Positions 42,025 to 50,782 of a stretch of DNA of 64,000 nucleotides are shown piece by piece. The DNA comes from Staphylococcus phage vB_SepM_BE08, in the sequence record MT596505.1; one strand, given 5' to 3'. The notes under the pieces were generated by a model that saw nothing but the letters and a program-made list of their open reading frames with translations, was not told the DNA's origin and did not search any database. The number at the start of each line of letters is the position of its first letter. The stretch's first letter is position 1. Both the position numbers and the translations under genes were made by a program.

Positions 42025-42238
42025 ATACGATTTTAACTTGCCAAGGTCTATGTGCTTGTGCTTTACTTCTATCTCTGTTAGGTATACTAAATGTAATAGG
42101 ATGTCCTCTAAGTGTATGATATTTCAACATATAAGTACTAGGATTAAGCATATTCAATATATGGTCTAACTGTTCTCTAGTAACTTTTTTAGTTTTAAAA
42201 GTTTCCTGTGTCATTTTTATTAACTCTTTACCATCCAT
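42025..42238 (-). CDS. terL: terminase large subunit, exon 1
   Basis: Strong AGGAGG RBS. The 71-aa ORF ends with a stop just inside the intron. The ATPase Walker A motif is only completed by exon 2. Confidence 0.6.
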
Positions 42239-42248
42239 AAATATCCTC

Positions 42249-42668
42249 CTAAAATGTTTCTGAGTTTTCTTGATTCATTACTTGCTCTTTTTCTGAAATC
42301 ATATTAGCTATATCGTCTGCTGATAACTCAGATAATTTTTGTAAATCTAGTTGATTACTTTCTTCACTATCACTATCTTGGTCTATAACATTTTCAAAGA
42401 GTTCTTGTTGTTTACCTGATATTTCAGGTATTGCTCCTCCACCTTCTGTAGTAGCTCCTGATAGTTCTTGCATTTGTGAGAATATAACAAAAAGCTTATA
42501 CAAATCATTAGGGTCTTTAACCTCTATTTGATTAGACTCTACTTTATTATTAAAGTCTATCATTAATTTTTGTATACTAGACATAAAACCGTCTGCTATC
42601 ATTTTTCTAGCGTCTTCTTGTTCTGATTTTTTCTTATTTACATTTGTTCTTATATCTTTAACTCCCAT
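42249..42668 (-). CDS. acidic protein immediately upstream of terL (small terminase subunit is one possibility)
   Basis: 139 aa. It overlaps the terL start; the position is typical of a small terminase subunit, but no motif supports this. Confidence 0.3.
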   Translation of the reverse strand: MGVKDIRTNVNKKKSEQEDARKMIADGFMSSIQKLMIDFNNKVESNQIEVKDPNDLYKLFVIFSQMQELSGATTEGGGAIPEISGKQQELFENVIDQDSDSEESNQLDLQKLSELSADDIANMISEKEQVMNQENSETF

Positions 42669-42672
42669 AATA

Positions 42673-42936
42673 TCACACCAATCCTAAATTTTTATAACAC
42701 GTGTTAATGTCTTGACAAATATCTATATACAGAAGATTGGAGTATCTTATGTGATAGTGATTCTTTTTTGCAAATACTTGACCGTTACTATACTTCATTC
42801 CAGACAAAGGTTCTCCACAAATACCACATACTCTAGTAGGACTAGATATTCTCTTATCACCTTTTCTAATAAGTGTTTTTTTAGGTGCGTCTTTAAAAAT
42901 ACTTCGTCTCTTCTCTTTAATATCTATCTTCTTCAC
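42673..42936 (-). CDS. zinc-ribbon protein
   Basis: CGICGEPLSG ... CQDINTC pattern. Confidence 0.35.
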   Translation of the reverse strand: MKKIDIKEKRRSIFKDAPKKTLIRKGDKRISSPTRVCGICGEPLSGMKYSNGQVFAKKNHYHIRYSNLLYIDICQDINTCYKNLGLV

Positions 42937-43288
42937 GTTTTAATCTTTCCTTTACTTTAGCTCTTACTTTTACTTCTTCATAAGATACACCTAATTGCTC
43001 TTCTATTACTTCTTTCATTATCTCTACTTCTTCTCTAGTAACATTTGTTTCTTTTAAAATGTATTCTGGTAGAGGGTCTTCTTTCTTTAAGTATATCTTA
43101 TCTATAAAGTTTGAGCTAGTATATGATAATGCTATACCTGTTATAGCATATATAAGTACTGCTTGAGGTCTTAAACTAAATAGTATTGAAAGTACATTTG
43201 CTATAGATAGTAGTAAAATCAACAAATCTAATACTATTAAAAACTTAAATATAAAATATTTCATGTTATTAGTCAAAATATTTGTCAC
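42917..43288 (-). CDS. membrane protein (2 TM helices); first gene of the minus-strand block
   Basis: 123 aa with N-terminal hydrophobic helices. Confidence 0.4.
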   Translation of the reverse strand: MTNILTNNMKYFIFKFLIVLDLLILLLSIANVLSILFSLRPQAVLIYAITGIALSYTSSNFIDKIYLKKEDPLPEYILKETNVTREEVEIMKEVIEEQLGVSYEEVKVRAKVKERLKREEDRY

Positions 43289-43394
43289 TTCCTAATGTTA
43301 AAAAATGTAATACATATACTAATCTAACAAAAAGGTCTTACTATGTTATATTATTGTTGTAATAAAAAATATAACTAATAGGGGTTGCTATATA

Positions 43395-43658
43395 ATGTCA
43401 ATATTATTATTAATAGTATCACTACCCCTTGTCTTTTTTTACTTTACATCAATATCAAGATTAAACTATAGGATAGCTAAAGATATAGTATATAAAAATA
43501 ATATAAATTTACTAAAAAATATTATTTTTATTTTTTTTATATACTTACTATCTATATGTAATCTATATTTTATATTTACACATAAATTATTACCTATTGT
43601 ATGTATGAATTTAGTTATTTTATTATCTGTTGTTATTGTCTTTTTAACCCATGATTAA
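43395..43658 (+). CDS. small membrane protein
   Basis: 87 aa, three hydrophobic segments. Confidence 0.35.
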   Translation: MSILLLIVSLPLVFFYFTSISRLNYRIAKDIVYKNNINLLKNIIFIFFIYLLSICNLYFIFTHKLLPIVCMNLVILLSVVIVFLTHD

Positions 43659-43686
43659 ATAAAAAATTAAGGAGGGTTGTTTTGAA

Positions 43687-44010
43687 GTGACAAAATACAA
43701 AGATATTTTAAAAGTAGAATTTGTGGATGCATTAGCTCACTTTGATACTAATAGAGAGTACTTCCATATTTATCGAATCACTAGGTTACTATCTAATGGC
43801 TCTATTATTTCATTCGATTATTATTACCTTCCTTCCGATGACCCTAATATAGTTAATATAGAGATAGATTTAAAAGAGTTCGGTAAATTAAGATTTGCTA
43901 TTGATGTTAAAACTTCTTATGGTAAAATAGTATCTGAAAAGCATAATAAAGTCATCCAGAATTTTATAGAAAATTATGATGTTCACTCTGTAGCCCCGTT
44001 GAAAGTTTAG
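43687..44010 (+). CDS. hypothetical protein
   Basis: 107-aa ORF. Confidence 0.35.
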   Translation: MTKYKDILKVEFVDALAHFDTNREYFHIYRITRLLSNGSIISFDYYYLPSDDPNIVNIEIDLKEFGKLRFAIDVKTSYGKIVSEKHNKVIQNFIENYDVHSVAPLKV

Positions 44011-44020
44011 GTGAAAGAAA

Positions 44021-44353
44021 TTGGAAAACGACATTGATACACTATTAAATCAAATAGATAAAATAAGAAATCAAATACAAGAAAAAGGCTACATTGATAA
44101 AGATACTTATTCAAACCTAGAAAAAGAAGTTTCAGAATTACGTAGTATGATTCTTAACCTAGATAAAGATTTAGCTGTTACTAGTGAGAAGCAATCAACA
44201 ATCTATATACAATTAGAAAGATTAGATGAAAAAATAAAAGAATTATCTGAAAGTACAAAGGTAAAAGACGATAAGAAACGTGATACTACAGAAAAAGTAT
44301 TACTTTTGATACTAGGTGCAATATTATCGTTTATATTCAATAAATTTAGTTAG
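44021..44353 (+). CDS. coiled-coil protein with a C-terminal TM anchor
   Basis: 110-aa ORF. Confidence 0.35.
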   Translation: MENDIDTLLNQIDKIRNQIQEKGYIDKDTYSNLEKEVSELRSMILNLDKDLAVTSEKQSTIYIQLERLDEKIKELSESTKVKDDKKRDTTEKVLLLILGAILSFIFNKFS

Positions 44354-44363
44354 GAGAGTTTTT

Positions 44364-44573
44364 ATGGTAAAATCAATTGAATTAACAATGAATAGTGGTA
44401 AAACATTCTTTTTAATAAGTACTGAAGATGAAAAATACACTCATTCTTCCGTGAACGCAATGTTAAGAGGAAAAAGTAACCCTTCTATAAAAGTCCATAC
44501 TAGTAATGATATTAATTCTGATGTGGTTTATATTAACCCTTTCTTTATTGAATCATTTAAGATTAATTATTAA
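44364..44573 (+). CDS. hypothetical protein (start corrected to the RBS-linked ATG)
   Basis: AGGAGAG RBS 6 nt before the ATG at 44364. Confidence 0.35.
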   Translation: MVKSIELTMNSGKTFFLISTEDEKYTHSSVNAMLRGKSNPSIKVHTSNDINSDVVYINPFFIESFKINY

Positions 44574-44577
44574 AGGC

Positions 44578-44605
44578 TAACTTATGTTAGTCTTTTTTTA
44601 TATAT
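44578..44605 (+). terminator. rho-independent terminator
   Basis: Hairpin GGCUAAC-UUAU-GUUAGUC followed by U7. Confidence 0.45.
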
Positions 44606-44680
44606 CTATTATACCATAAACATCTTGAATATTAAAATTAAACTATCTCAATTTCCAACACTACTAAATATTAATTATTT

Positions 44681-44856
44681 ATTGTTAATATATTTATTAT
44701 TAATAATTAGTATTAGTATATATAAATATATATATATTAGAGTAATCCTTATTTTCCAAATATACAAATTACCTAAATATTCAGAATTCTTTTTCCTTAT
44801 ATATAAATATTGTTAATATATTTGTTATTAATAATTAGTATTAGTATATATAAATA
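44681..44856 (+). repeat. AT-rich intergenic region with two ~49-bp direct repeats 128 bp apart
   Basis: ATTGTTAATATATTT(A/G)TTATTAATAATTAGTATTAGTATATATAAATA at 44681..44729 and 44809..44856 (1 mismatch). Each copy is followed by CTTATTT(T/G)CCAAATA. Confidence 0.7.
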
Positions 44857-44961
44857 ATAGTTATTAGAACTGGTCTTATTTGCCAAATAGTTAAAAAAAC
44901 CTCTAAAACACTTGATATTAAAGGATTTTAATCAAAAATTTAAAAAAGTTTATAAAAAGTG

Positions 44962-44990
44962 TTGACATTTATCAAAAATAAGATTATAAT
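44962..44990 (+). promoter_or_regulatory. near-consensus sigma-A promoter: TTGACA, 17-nt spacer, TATAAT
   Basis: Preceded by AAAAGTGTTGACATT; the same upstream context recurs at 52081 and 52835. Confidence 0.6.
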
Positions 44991-45031
44991 AAACTTAACA
45001 ATAAAAAATTAAGAAAAGGATTTGATTAAGT

Positions 45032-45253
45032 ATGAGAAAACAAGTAATGGTATATTCAAAACTAAATTGTAAAGAATGTGGGAACCACTTTATGGTTCCT
45101 AGAAAAAGAGCAAAAAGAAGAGAAGAAGGTCATATCAAAGACTTATATTGTGTAAAATGTAAAAAAACAACAAAACATATTGAGGATAACAGAAGTGAAA
45201 CAGAAAAATTCTGGGATGAATTCCATTCAAATAGAAAATATCAAAAAAATTAA
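45032..45253 (+). CDS. zinc-ribbon protein
   Basis: CKECGNH ... CVKCKK pattern; 73 aa. Confidence 0.45.
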   Translation: MRKQVMVYSKLNCKECGNHFMVPRKRAKRREEGHIKDLYCVKCKKTTKHIEDNRSETEKFWDEFHSNRKYQKN

Positions 45254-45283
45254 TAAAAAATTTAAAAAAGTTTTAAAATAAAC

Positions 45284-45312
45284 TTGACACAGGGTTATTT
45301 TTATGTTATGAT
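45284..45312 (+). promoter_or_regulatory. sigma-A promoter: TTGACA, 17-nt spacer, TATGAT
   Basis: Drives the downstream ORF-free structured region. Confidence 0.55.
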
Positions 45313-45318
45313 ATATGT

Positions 45319-46135
45319 ATCAAATAAAACAAATCCCTTACACAACTGTTTTTTCATTACGTTGTTTTCCAGTTCAAACAATAACAGCGTTTGCCTATAA
45401 CTAATGATTAGACTATAAACAAATCAAGAGGAAATTAGTCTATTCCTCTAATATAATTTTAATACAACTAAACATCTGAACATAGTGACTGAATAAGTGA
45501 GTGATGTCACTAAGGTGTAAGAATGTCTTAGGAAGCCTACTAAAGTGTGAGAACCTTTAGAGGTATCCTCAGAGGGATATTTATTCCGAAAGGATTGCTT
45601 AGCACTTGGATATAAGGATTATACGGTAGAGAGACTATCAGTGATGAATCACTAGTCAAGGTCTTAGCGGAATCTTGACTAGTTACGCTACTAAAATCAT
45701 TTACGTGGTTGGAGCCTAGAAATAGGTTTGATAATGATTGTCTTTCGTACAAGTAGCACAAACCCACGATAAAGCTAAAGAAAACAAAAAATATATGTTA
45801 TTTTAATTCTTCACATCGTGTGAAAGTTGGTAAGTAACTGTCCTTACCCCTATACTGTGGAAACACTCATAAAAGTGGACTATGGCTAGCTACCATATAG
45901 AACTTTCTATGACTAGGTTACCTAATAATAATTCTTATATTTTAGTTCCCTGTGAAAAGGGCTATGTTTGGATATTTAGTTGTATTATACAACTAACTTC
46001 TCTTTCATTTTATTATTCTTATCAATGGTTTTTGACTCCTTTACCATTGATAGAGAGAAACCCCTTATAAGAACATATTCATTTGTACAAACAAACACCT
46101 CCTTATAAAAAACAAAAAACTTATAAGGGGTTTTT
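45319..46135 (+). ncRNA. large (~0.8 kb) structured non-coding RNA candidate
   Basis: Promoter-to-terminator unit with no plausible ORF. Local GC is well above the genome background, and there are many perfect hairpins (for example CACUAGUCAAGG...CUUGACUAGU, AGUGAUgaaAUCACU, UAUCCucagagGGAUA). Confidence 0.55.
46061..46135 (+). terminator. terminator-like element ending the ncRNA
   Basis: CCCCUUAUAAG ... CUUAUAAGGGG (11-bp stem) followed by UUUUU. The loop is unusually long (48 nt). Confidence 0.4.
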
Positions 46136-46240
46136 ACATACACATAACCCTAATAACCTGAATATAATTTGCTTGATATTTATATTCAAAAAAAAATAAG
46201 GTAAGTACTTTTTAAAGGTTTTTGTCTCACCTATACATAA

Positions 46241-46606
46241 ATGAAAAAAGGAATTGTTATTGTGGCAAAGAAAAAAACATTAGCTCAAAAAACATATGAA
46301 GATACAGTAAAAGCTAGAAGATGGTTTGCAGGTACTCGAAATGAATTTAATACAGCAAGAGCAAAAAAGAAAAATACTGAAGCTTTTTTAAAACAATCAA
46401 AAGAAGATATTAAAACAGCTAGTGAAAAAGGTAGATTTAGTTGTATATTGTATTATAAAGTATTTAAGTTTAAAGAACCTGTAGAAGGGTATAATAAACA
46501 AGAAATATTATCAGCACTTAAAGAGTTGGATAAAGAAGGATTTAAAACAACATATGAGGATACTCAAGATGGTGTATTAGTGAGTGCTAGATGGGATAAC
46601 GAATAA
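46241..46606 (+). CDS. hypothetical protein
   Basis: 121-aa ORF. Confidence 0.4.
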   Translation: MKKGIVIVAKKKTLAQKTYEDTVKARRWFAGTRNEFNTARAKKKNTEAFLKQSKEDIKTASEKGRFSCILYYKVFKFKEPVEGYNKQEILSALKELDKEGFKTTYEDTQDGVLVSARWDNE

Positions 46607-46820
46607 ACAAAAAGGAGTTTTTAATATCGCTACTCAAAAACAACTTTACTTTGTAAATGGACTAATAGGTAAAGCTATTGTTAATGACAAAGTATTAAAT
46701 AAAAGAGATTTATGGAATCAGTTAGACTTATTAAATGATACTAAATTAGAAGACTTAGATAATAAACAAATGTCAAATGTTATTAGTAAATTAAATGAAA
46801 TTAATAATGATATAGAATAA
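46584..46820 (+). CDS. hypothetical protein
   Basis: 78-aa ORF overlapping the upstream gene by 23 nt. Confidence 0.35.
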   Translation: MLDGITNKQKGVFNIATQKQLYFVNGLIGKAIVNDKVLNKRDLWNQLDLLNDTKLEDLDNKQMSNVISKLNEINNDIE

Positions 46821-46848
46821 CCACCTATTTATGTAGGTGGTTTTCTTA
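46821..46848 (+). terminator. rho-independent terminator
   Basis: CCACCUAU-UUA-UGUAGGUGG followed by UUUUCUU. Confidence 0.5.
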
Positions 46849-46918
46849 TATTAAAATAATTAACGCTTTTTTTGTTATATTAGTTAGTACAAAAATATAA
46901 TAGAAAGGGCGTTTTTTA

Positions 46919-47482
46919 ATGTCTAATAAAGATATGAAAAAACCTACTGTTGTAGGTGGTGTAAACTTATCCACACGTGTACGCAGTAAGACTTTTTGGG
47001 TATCACTTGTAGGTATACTAGTTGGTGTAGTTACTCAAGTAGGTACACTTTTTGGTCTTGATTTAGAAGACCAAGTAGGACAATACTCTGAATTAGCTAC
47101 AGGTATTATTACAGCTTTAGGTATTTTAGGTGTTTTACAAGACCCTAATACTAAAGGAATTAAAGATAGTGGTATTGCACAAACATACACTTCTCGTAGA
47201 GATAGTAAAGACCCTGAACAAGCAATAGATTGGCAAAATAATACAGAATTTGATTTAGGTGTAAAGAAACCTCAAGAGTTTGATACTTCTGAATCTTTCT
47301 CTGATGATAGTGATGAAGAAGAAGTAGATTTAGAAGAAGAAGAAGTAGCTAAAGATGATTCTGTACAAGAAGACACAAATAAACCCCTTGGAGCTGGAAA
47401 AGGAGAGTCTGTAGACTCTATGAAAAACACACCTCTAAATGTAGGTAGTCAATCAGCTAAATCAAAAGGCGGTGAAAAATAA
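46919..47482 (+). CDS. holin
   Basis: 187 aa, two N-terminal TM helices and a long acidic C-terminus. Its stop is 2 nt before the endolysin start. Confidence 0.7.
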   Translation: MSNKDMKKPTVVGGVNLSTRVRSKTFWVSLVGILVGVVTQVGTLFGLDLEDQVGQYSELATGIITALGILGVLQDPNTKGIKDSGIAQTYTSRRDSKDPEQAIDWQNNTEFDLGVKKPQEFDTSESFSDDSDEEEVDLEEEEVAKDDSVQEDTNKPLGAGKGESVDSMKNTPLNVGSQSAKSKGGEK

Positions 47483-47484
47483 TA

Positions 47485-48939
47485 ATGAAAACTAAAAAAC
47501 AAGCTTTAAAATGGATTTTAAATACTATAGGTCAAGGTATAGATTGGGATAAAATGTATGGGTTTCAATGTATGGATTTAGTTGTTGCTTATTTGTATTA
47601 CGTTACTGACGGAAAAATAGCAATGTGGGGAAATGCTATTGATGCTCCTAAAAATAATTTTAAAGGTACTGCTAAAGTAATTAAAAATTACCCTGCTTTT
47701 AGACCTGAAGAAGGAGATATAGTAGTTTGGTCTTATGGTAATTTTAGTACTTACGGACATATTGCTGTAGTTATAGATGGAGACCCTTACGGTGACTTGC
47801 AATATATCACAGTAGCTGAGCAAAATTGGAATGGTTTAGGACTATACAAACAAGAAGTTACTACAAAACGTATTCATAATTACGATGGTGTATCTCATTT
47901 CATAAGACCTAAGTTCAAAAAAACAGTTAAAAAAGAAGATAACACTCTTACAAAAGAAAAAAACAACAAAAAAACAAAAGGAAAAAAATTAAAAGTATCA
48001 ACACAAAGAATAAACTACACTATGGATAAAAGAGGTTATAAACCTAAATTTGTTGTAATACACAATGATGCTGGTAGTTCTTCTGCACAACAGTATGAAC
48101 AAGGATTAAAAAATGCAGGATACAGTAGATATGCTCAAGGAGTAGCACATGCATACGCTTCTGATGGTTATGTGTGGGAAGCAATATCAGAAGATAGAAT
48201 AGCTTGGCATACAGGCGATGGAACAAACCCAGGAACAGGTAACTTTGAAGGATATGGAATTGAAGTTTGTCAATCTTTAGGAGATAGAAATACTTTCTTA
48301 AAAAATGAGCAAACTGTATTCCAATTTATTGCAGAAAAATTGCAAAAATGGAACTTACCTGCAAATAGAAATACCATCAGACTTCATAATGAATTTATAC
48401 AAACAGAATGTCCCCATGCTTCAGCATATTATCATGCAGGTATGAATACTAAAGTAGATGCTTATACAAAAGAAAGACAATTAAAAATAAAAGATTATTT
48501 CATAAAACAAATTAGAGCATACATGAAAGGAAGTACACCTAAATCTACAGTAGTAAAATCTAGTAAAAATAGTGGTTCTTTACCTAAGAAAAAAGGTAAA
48601 AAACAAAAATTTAAATCAAATATTGGTAAAACATTCGACTTTAATGGATTAAATACCAATACTTGGGGTACTAAATGGTATTATGAAAATAATACATTTA
48701 CATGTAATGCTCGACAAGGTATCATAACAAGAGTAGGTAGTCCGTTTACAAACGCACCTCAAGCAGGTGTTTTATTCTACGGACAAACTGTAACATATAA
48801 TCAAGTAGCTGTTAATCCAAAAGAGCCATTTGTATGGATTTCATGGATTACAAATAATGGTACTGAAGTATGGATGCCTATTGAAGTCTTAGACAGTAAT
48901 AATAAAATTATTGAGCAGTGGGGTACTTTTGGTTGGTAA
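47485..48939 (+). CDS. endolysin with CHAP, amidase_2 and SH3b domains (LysK/PlyTW type)
   Basis: N-terminal CHAP (QCMDL ... GHIAVV ... EQNWNG), a central N-acetylmuramoyl-L-alanine amidase region (VVIHNDAGSS, H ... E ... H) and a C-terminal SH3b-like region. The ORF is continuous, with no intron. Confidence 0.9.
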   Translation: MKTKKQALKWILNTIGQGIDWDKMYGFQCMDLVVAYLYYVTDGKIAMWGNAIDAPKNNFKGTAKVIKNYPAFRPEEGDIVVWSYGNFSTYGHIAVVIDGDPYGDLQYITVAEQNWNGLGLYKQEVTTKRIHNYDGVSHFIRPKFKKTVKKEDNTLTKEKNNKKTKGKKLKVSTQRINYTMDKRGYKPKFVVIHNDAGSSSAQQYEQGLKNAGYSRYAQGVAHAYASDGYVWEAISEDRIAWHTGDGTNPGTGNFEGYGIEVCQSLGDRNTFLKNEQTVFQFIAEKLQKWNLPANRNTIRLHNEFIQTECPHASAYYHAGMNTKVDAYTKERQLKIKDYFIKQIRAYMKGSTPKSTVVKSSKNSGSLPKKKGKKQKFKSNIGKTFDFNGLNTNTWGTKWYYENNTFTCNARQGIITRVGSPFTNAPQAGVLFYGQTVTYNQVAVNPKEPFVWISWITNNGTEVWMPIEVLDSNNKIIEQWGTFGW

Positions 48940-48955
48940 AAATAATATTTATTTT

Positions 48956-48987
48956 TAGACTAGGATTAAATTCCTAGTCTTTTTTTA
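48956..48987 (+). terminator. rho-independent terminator after the lysis cassette
   Basis: AGACUAGGA-UUAAAUU-CCUAGUCU followed by U7. Confidence 0.7.
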
Positions 48988-49048
48988 TTGATTTATTTAA
49001 AACATTATGATAAAGTAATTATATAGACAAGAAAAGTTAAATATTTAG

Positions 49049-49077
49049 TTGACTTTTAAGTTTATATGTGTTATAAT
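49049..49077 (+). promoter_or_regulatory. sigma-A promoter: TTGACT, 17-nt spacer, TATAAT
   Basis: Upstream of the 49110 gene block. Confidence 0.55.
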
Positions 49078-49109
49078 GTAATTAATAAATAAAAAAGGAG
49101 TGTAAAAAT

Positions 49110-49331
49110 ATGAATAGACTTAAACACTGGTTTAATAAAAGTGTTCTTAAAAAAGAAAAAGATAAGTATAAAGTATATTTTATTCATAAGAAGTTTGATA
49201 GTAGAGTACCTGTAGTTATAGATGTTGAAGCTACAAGTAAAGTAGACGCAAAAAAGAAGACTTTAAAATTTATTAAAAAGTATGCTTCAGATTCTGGAAA
49301 TTATAAATTTTTGAAAGTAGAATATAAATAG
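49110..49331 (+). CDS. hypothetical protein
   Basis: 73 aa; RBS AAGGAG. Confidence 0.4.
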   Translation: MNRLKHWFNKSVLKKEKDKYKVYFIHKKFDSRVPVVIDVEATSKVDAKKKTLKFIKKYASDSGNYKFLKVEYK

Positions 49332-49340
49332 GTGATGTTT

Positions 49341-49562
49341 ATGGAAAAAGAGAATAAACCATTAGTATTAAAAAAAGTAAGAGAAGAAAAAGGATACACA
49401 TTAAGAGAATTAGCTTCAGAATTAGGTGTTAATTATTCTGTAATATCATACTGGGAATATGGAAAGAAAAAACCTAGAACAAATAACCAATTAAAATTAG
49501 AAAAAACATTAGGTGTTCCTTTCGAAGAATTATCAAAGGAGTGGGAAGAGCAAGATGAGTAA
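49341..49562 (+). CDS. XRE-family helix-turn-helix transcriptional regulator
   Basis: GYTLRELASELGVNYSVISYWEYGKKKP is a classic HTH_3 pattern. The start is moved to the RBS-linked ATG at 49341. Confidence 0.6.
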   Translation: MEKENKPLVLKKVREEKGYTLRELASELGVNYSVISYWEYGKKKPRTNNQLKLEKTLGVPFEELSKEWEEQDE

Positions 49563-50151
49563 ATTATCGAAATCAATATTAACAAACAAAAAAATAGAAG
49601 ATTTAATAGATATGGTAGATTCTTTTGAATTACAACAAGTAAGAAAAGTAATCGGTGATGATAATTTTTCTAATATTATTACAATTGTAAATTCTTTAGA
49701 TAATGATTACTCAAAAGTATTACTTGTCGGTGTATTAGATAAATTATTACATTCTACACCTTTAGTAGAGTATGATGACGTGTATACTACGTTACGTAAA
49801 TACGATGAAGCAGAGCTAAAAGAAGAGACAGCTAATTTAATAGTTCAAAATACATTATATGATAATTGTACTATTATACCTGAAAAAGAATTACCTAATA
49901 TAGGTGATTTAGAATCAGTGCAGAATTTAATTAAAGTTATTAATGTACTATCAATTATAGAAACTCCTAGTACAAAAGATTTATTTTCTGTAAGTGAAGA
50001 ATTTTTAAGTATAAAAGAATTAATGAATAACTATGACTTAAATGTAGAAGGTATTATAGATAAATTATATAATTTAGATAAAAATATTGAAGATAAAGAT
50101 AGTTTACCTAAAGATTTAGAAGAATTAATAAAGTATGTAATTGAATATTAA
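49555..50151 (+). CDS. hypothetical protein
   Basis: ATG at 49555 with RBS GGGAAGAG; overlaps the stop of the regulator gene. Confidence 0.4.
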   Translation: MSKLSKSILTNKKIEDLIDMVDSFELQQVRKVIGDDNFSNIITIVNSLDNDYSKVLLVGVLDKLLHSTPLVEYDDVYTTLRKYDEAELKEETANLIVQNTLYDNCTIIPEKELPNIGDLESVQNLIKVINVLSIIETPSTKDLFSVSEEFLSIKELMNNYDLNVEGIIDKLYNLDKNIEDKDSLPKDLEELIKYVIEY

Positions 50152-50158
50152 AATATAG

Positions 50159-50362
50159 GTGGTTATGTGTATTATGAAAAATTTATTTAAAGTGTTTTTA
50201 GATAATTATGAAGTATTTGTGGTTGCTAATAATGATAAAGAAGCAGAAAACCATTGTTTTAAATTTTTAGATTTTAATAAAATTAGTATAAGTAAAGTAA
50301 AGCAAGTTAAAAGTGATGATATTTATCCTTATTTTGTTAGAGGTAAAAGTTATGCAAGCTAA
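50159..50362 (+). CDS. hypothetical small protein
   Basis: 67-aa ORF. Confidence 0.3.
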   Translation: MVMCIMKNLFKVFLDNYEVFVVANNDKEAENHCFKFLDFNKISISKVKQVKSDDIYPYFVRGKSYAS

Positions 50363-50768
50363 ATTATACACAGACGGTAGTTCTAACTATAAATTAGGTA
50401 AAGTTGGAACAGGTGCAGTAATTGTAGATAATAGTAATAACATTTTATCAGAAATAAGTAAGGAAGTTGACAAACCAGAACTCTTAAAGTATAATAATGT
50501 TGCAGGTGAAATACTAGCTTGTTGTTACGGTATAGAAAAGTGTATAGAACTAGGTGTCAAACAAGTAGAAATACATGTAGATTATATCGGATTAATTAAG
50601 TGGTATGATGGAACATGGCATACAAAAAATAATTTTACTAAATTATACGTTAATATGTTAAGAGAATATGGTAAATTTATTGATTTTAATTTTATTAAAG
50701 TTAAAGCACACTCAAACGATAAGTGGAATGAGTACGCTGATAAACTTGCAAAAAAATCTATAAAATAA
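50352..50768 (+). CDS. rnh: ribonuclease H (RNase HI-like)
   Basis: MQAKLYTDGSS ... E ... D ... KAHSNDKWNEYADKLAK matches the RNase H catalytic signature. The start is set at the RBS-linked ATG at 50352. Confidence 0.7.
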   Translation: MQAKLYTDGSSNYKLGKVGTGAVIVDNSNNILSEISKEVDKPELLKYNNVAGEILACCYGIEKCIELGVKQVEIHVDYIGLIKWYDGTWHTKNNFTKLYVNMLREYGKFIDFNFIKVKAHSNDKWNEYADKLAKKSIK

Positions 50769-50782
50769 AAGGAGAAAAAGTT

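Noticed and set aside
42023-42238. The 71-aa ORF treated as an independent small gene.
   Set aside because: Its in-frame continuation after the 334-nt P7-containing segment supplies the terminase Walker A motif, so it is better explained as terL exon 1.
44625-44816. 63-aa ORF in the AT-rich repeat region.
   Set aside because: It lies inside the two 49-bp direct repeats. The isoleucine/leucine-only translation is an artefact of AT-rich DNA.
44681-44856. Possible CRISPR array.
   Set aside because: Only two repeat copies, a 128-bp period with a partly repeated 'spacer', no cas genes, and the locus is in a phage.
45540-46070. Short ORFs (45540..45767 minus, 45882..46070 plus) inside the GC-enriched structured region.
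   Set aside because: No RBS, opposite orientations, and the region has the hallmarks of structured RNA. I treat it as non-coding.
45254-46240. tRNA genes in the long non-coding region (K-like phages carry tRNAs near the lysis genes).
   Set aside because: No GTTCGAATC/GTTCAAATC T-loop with flanking acceptor-stem complementarity was found by eye. A tRNAscan run would be the definitive check.
47485-48939. Intron in the endolysin gene, as in phage K lysK.
   Set aside because: The CHAP-amidase-SH3b frame is continuous over 484 codons, with no internal P7-like elements.
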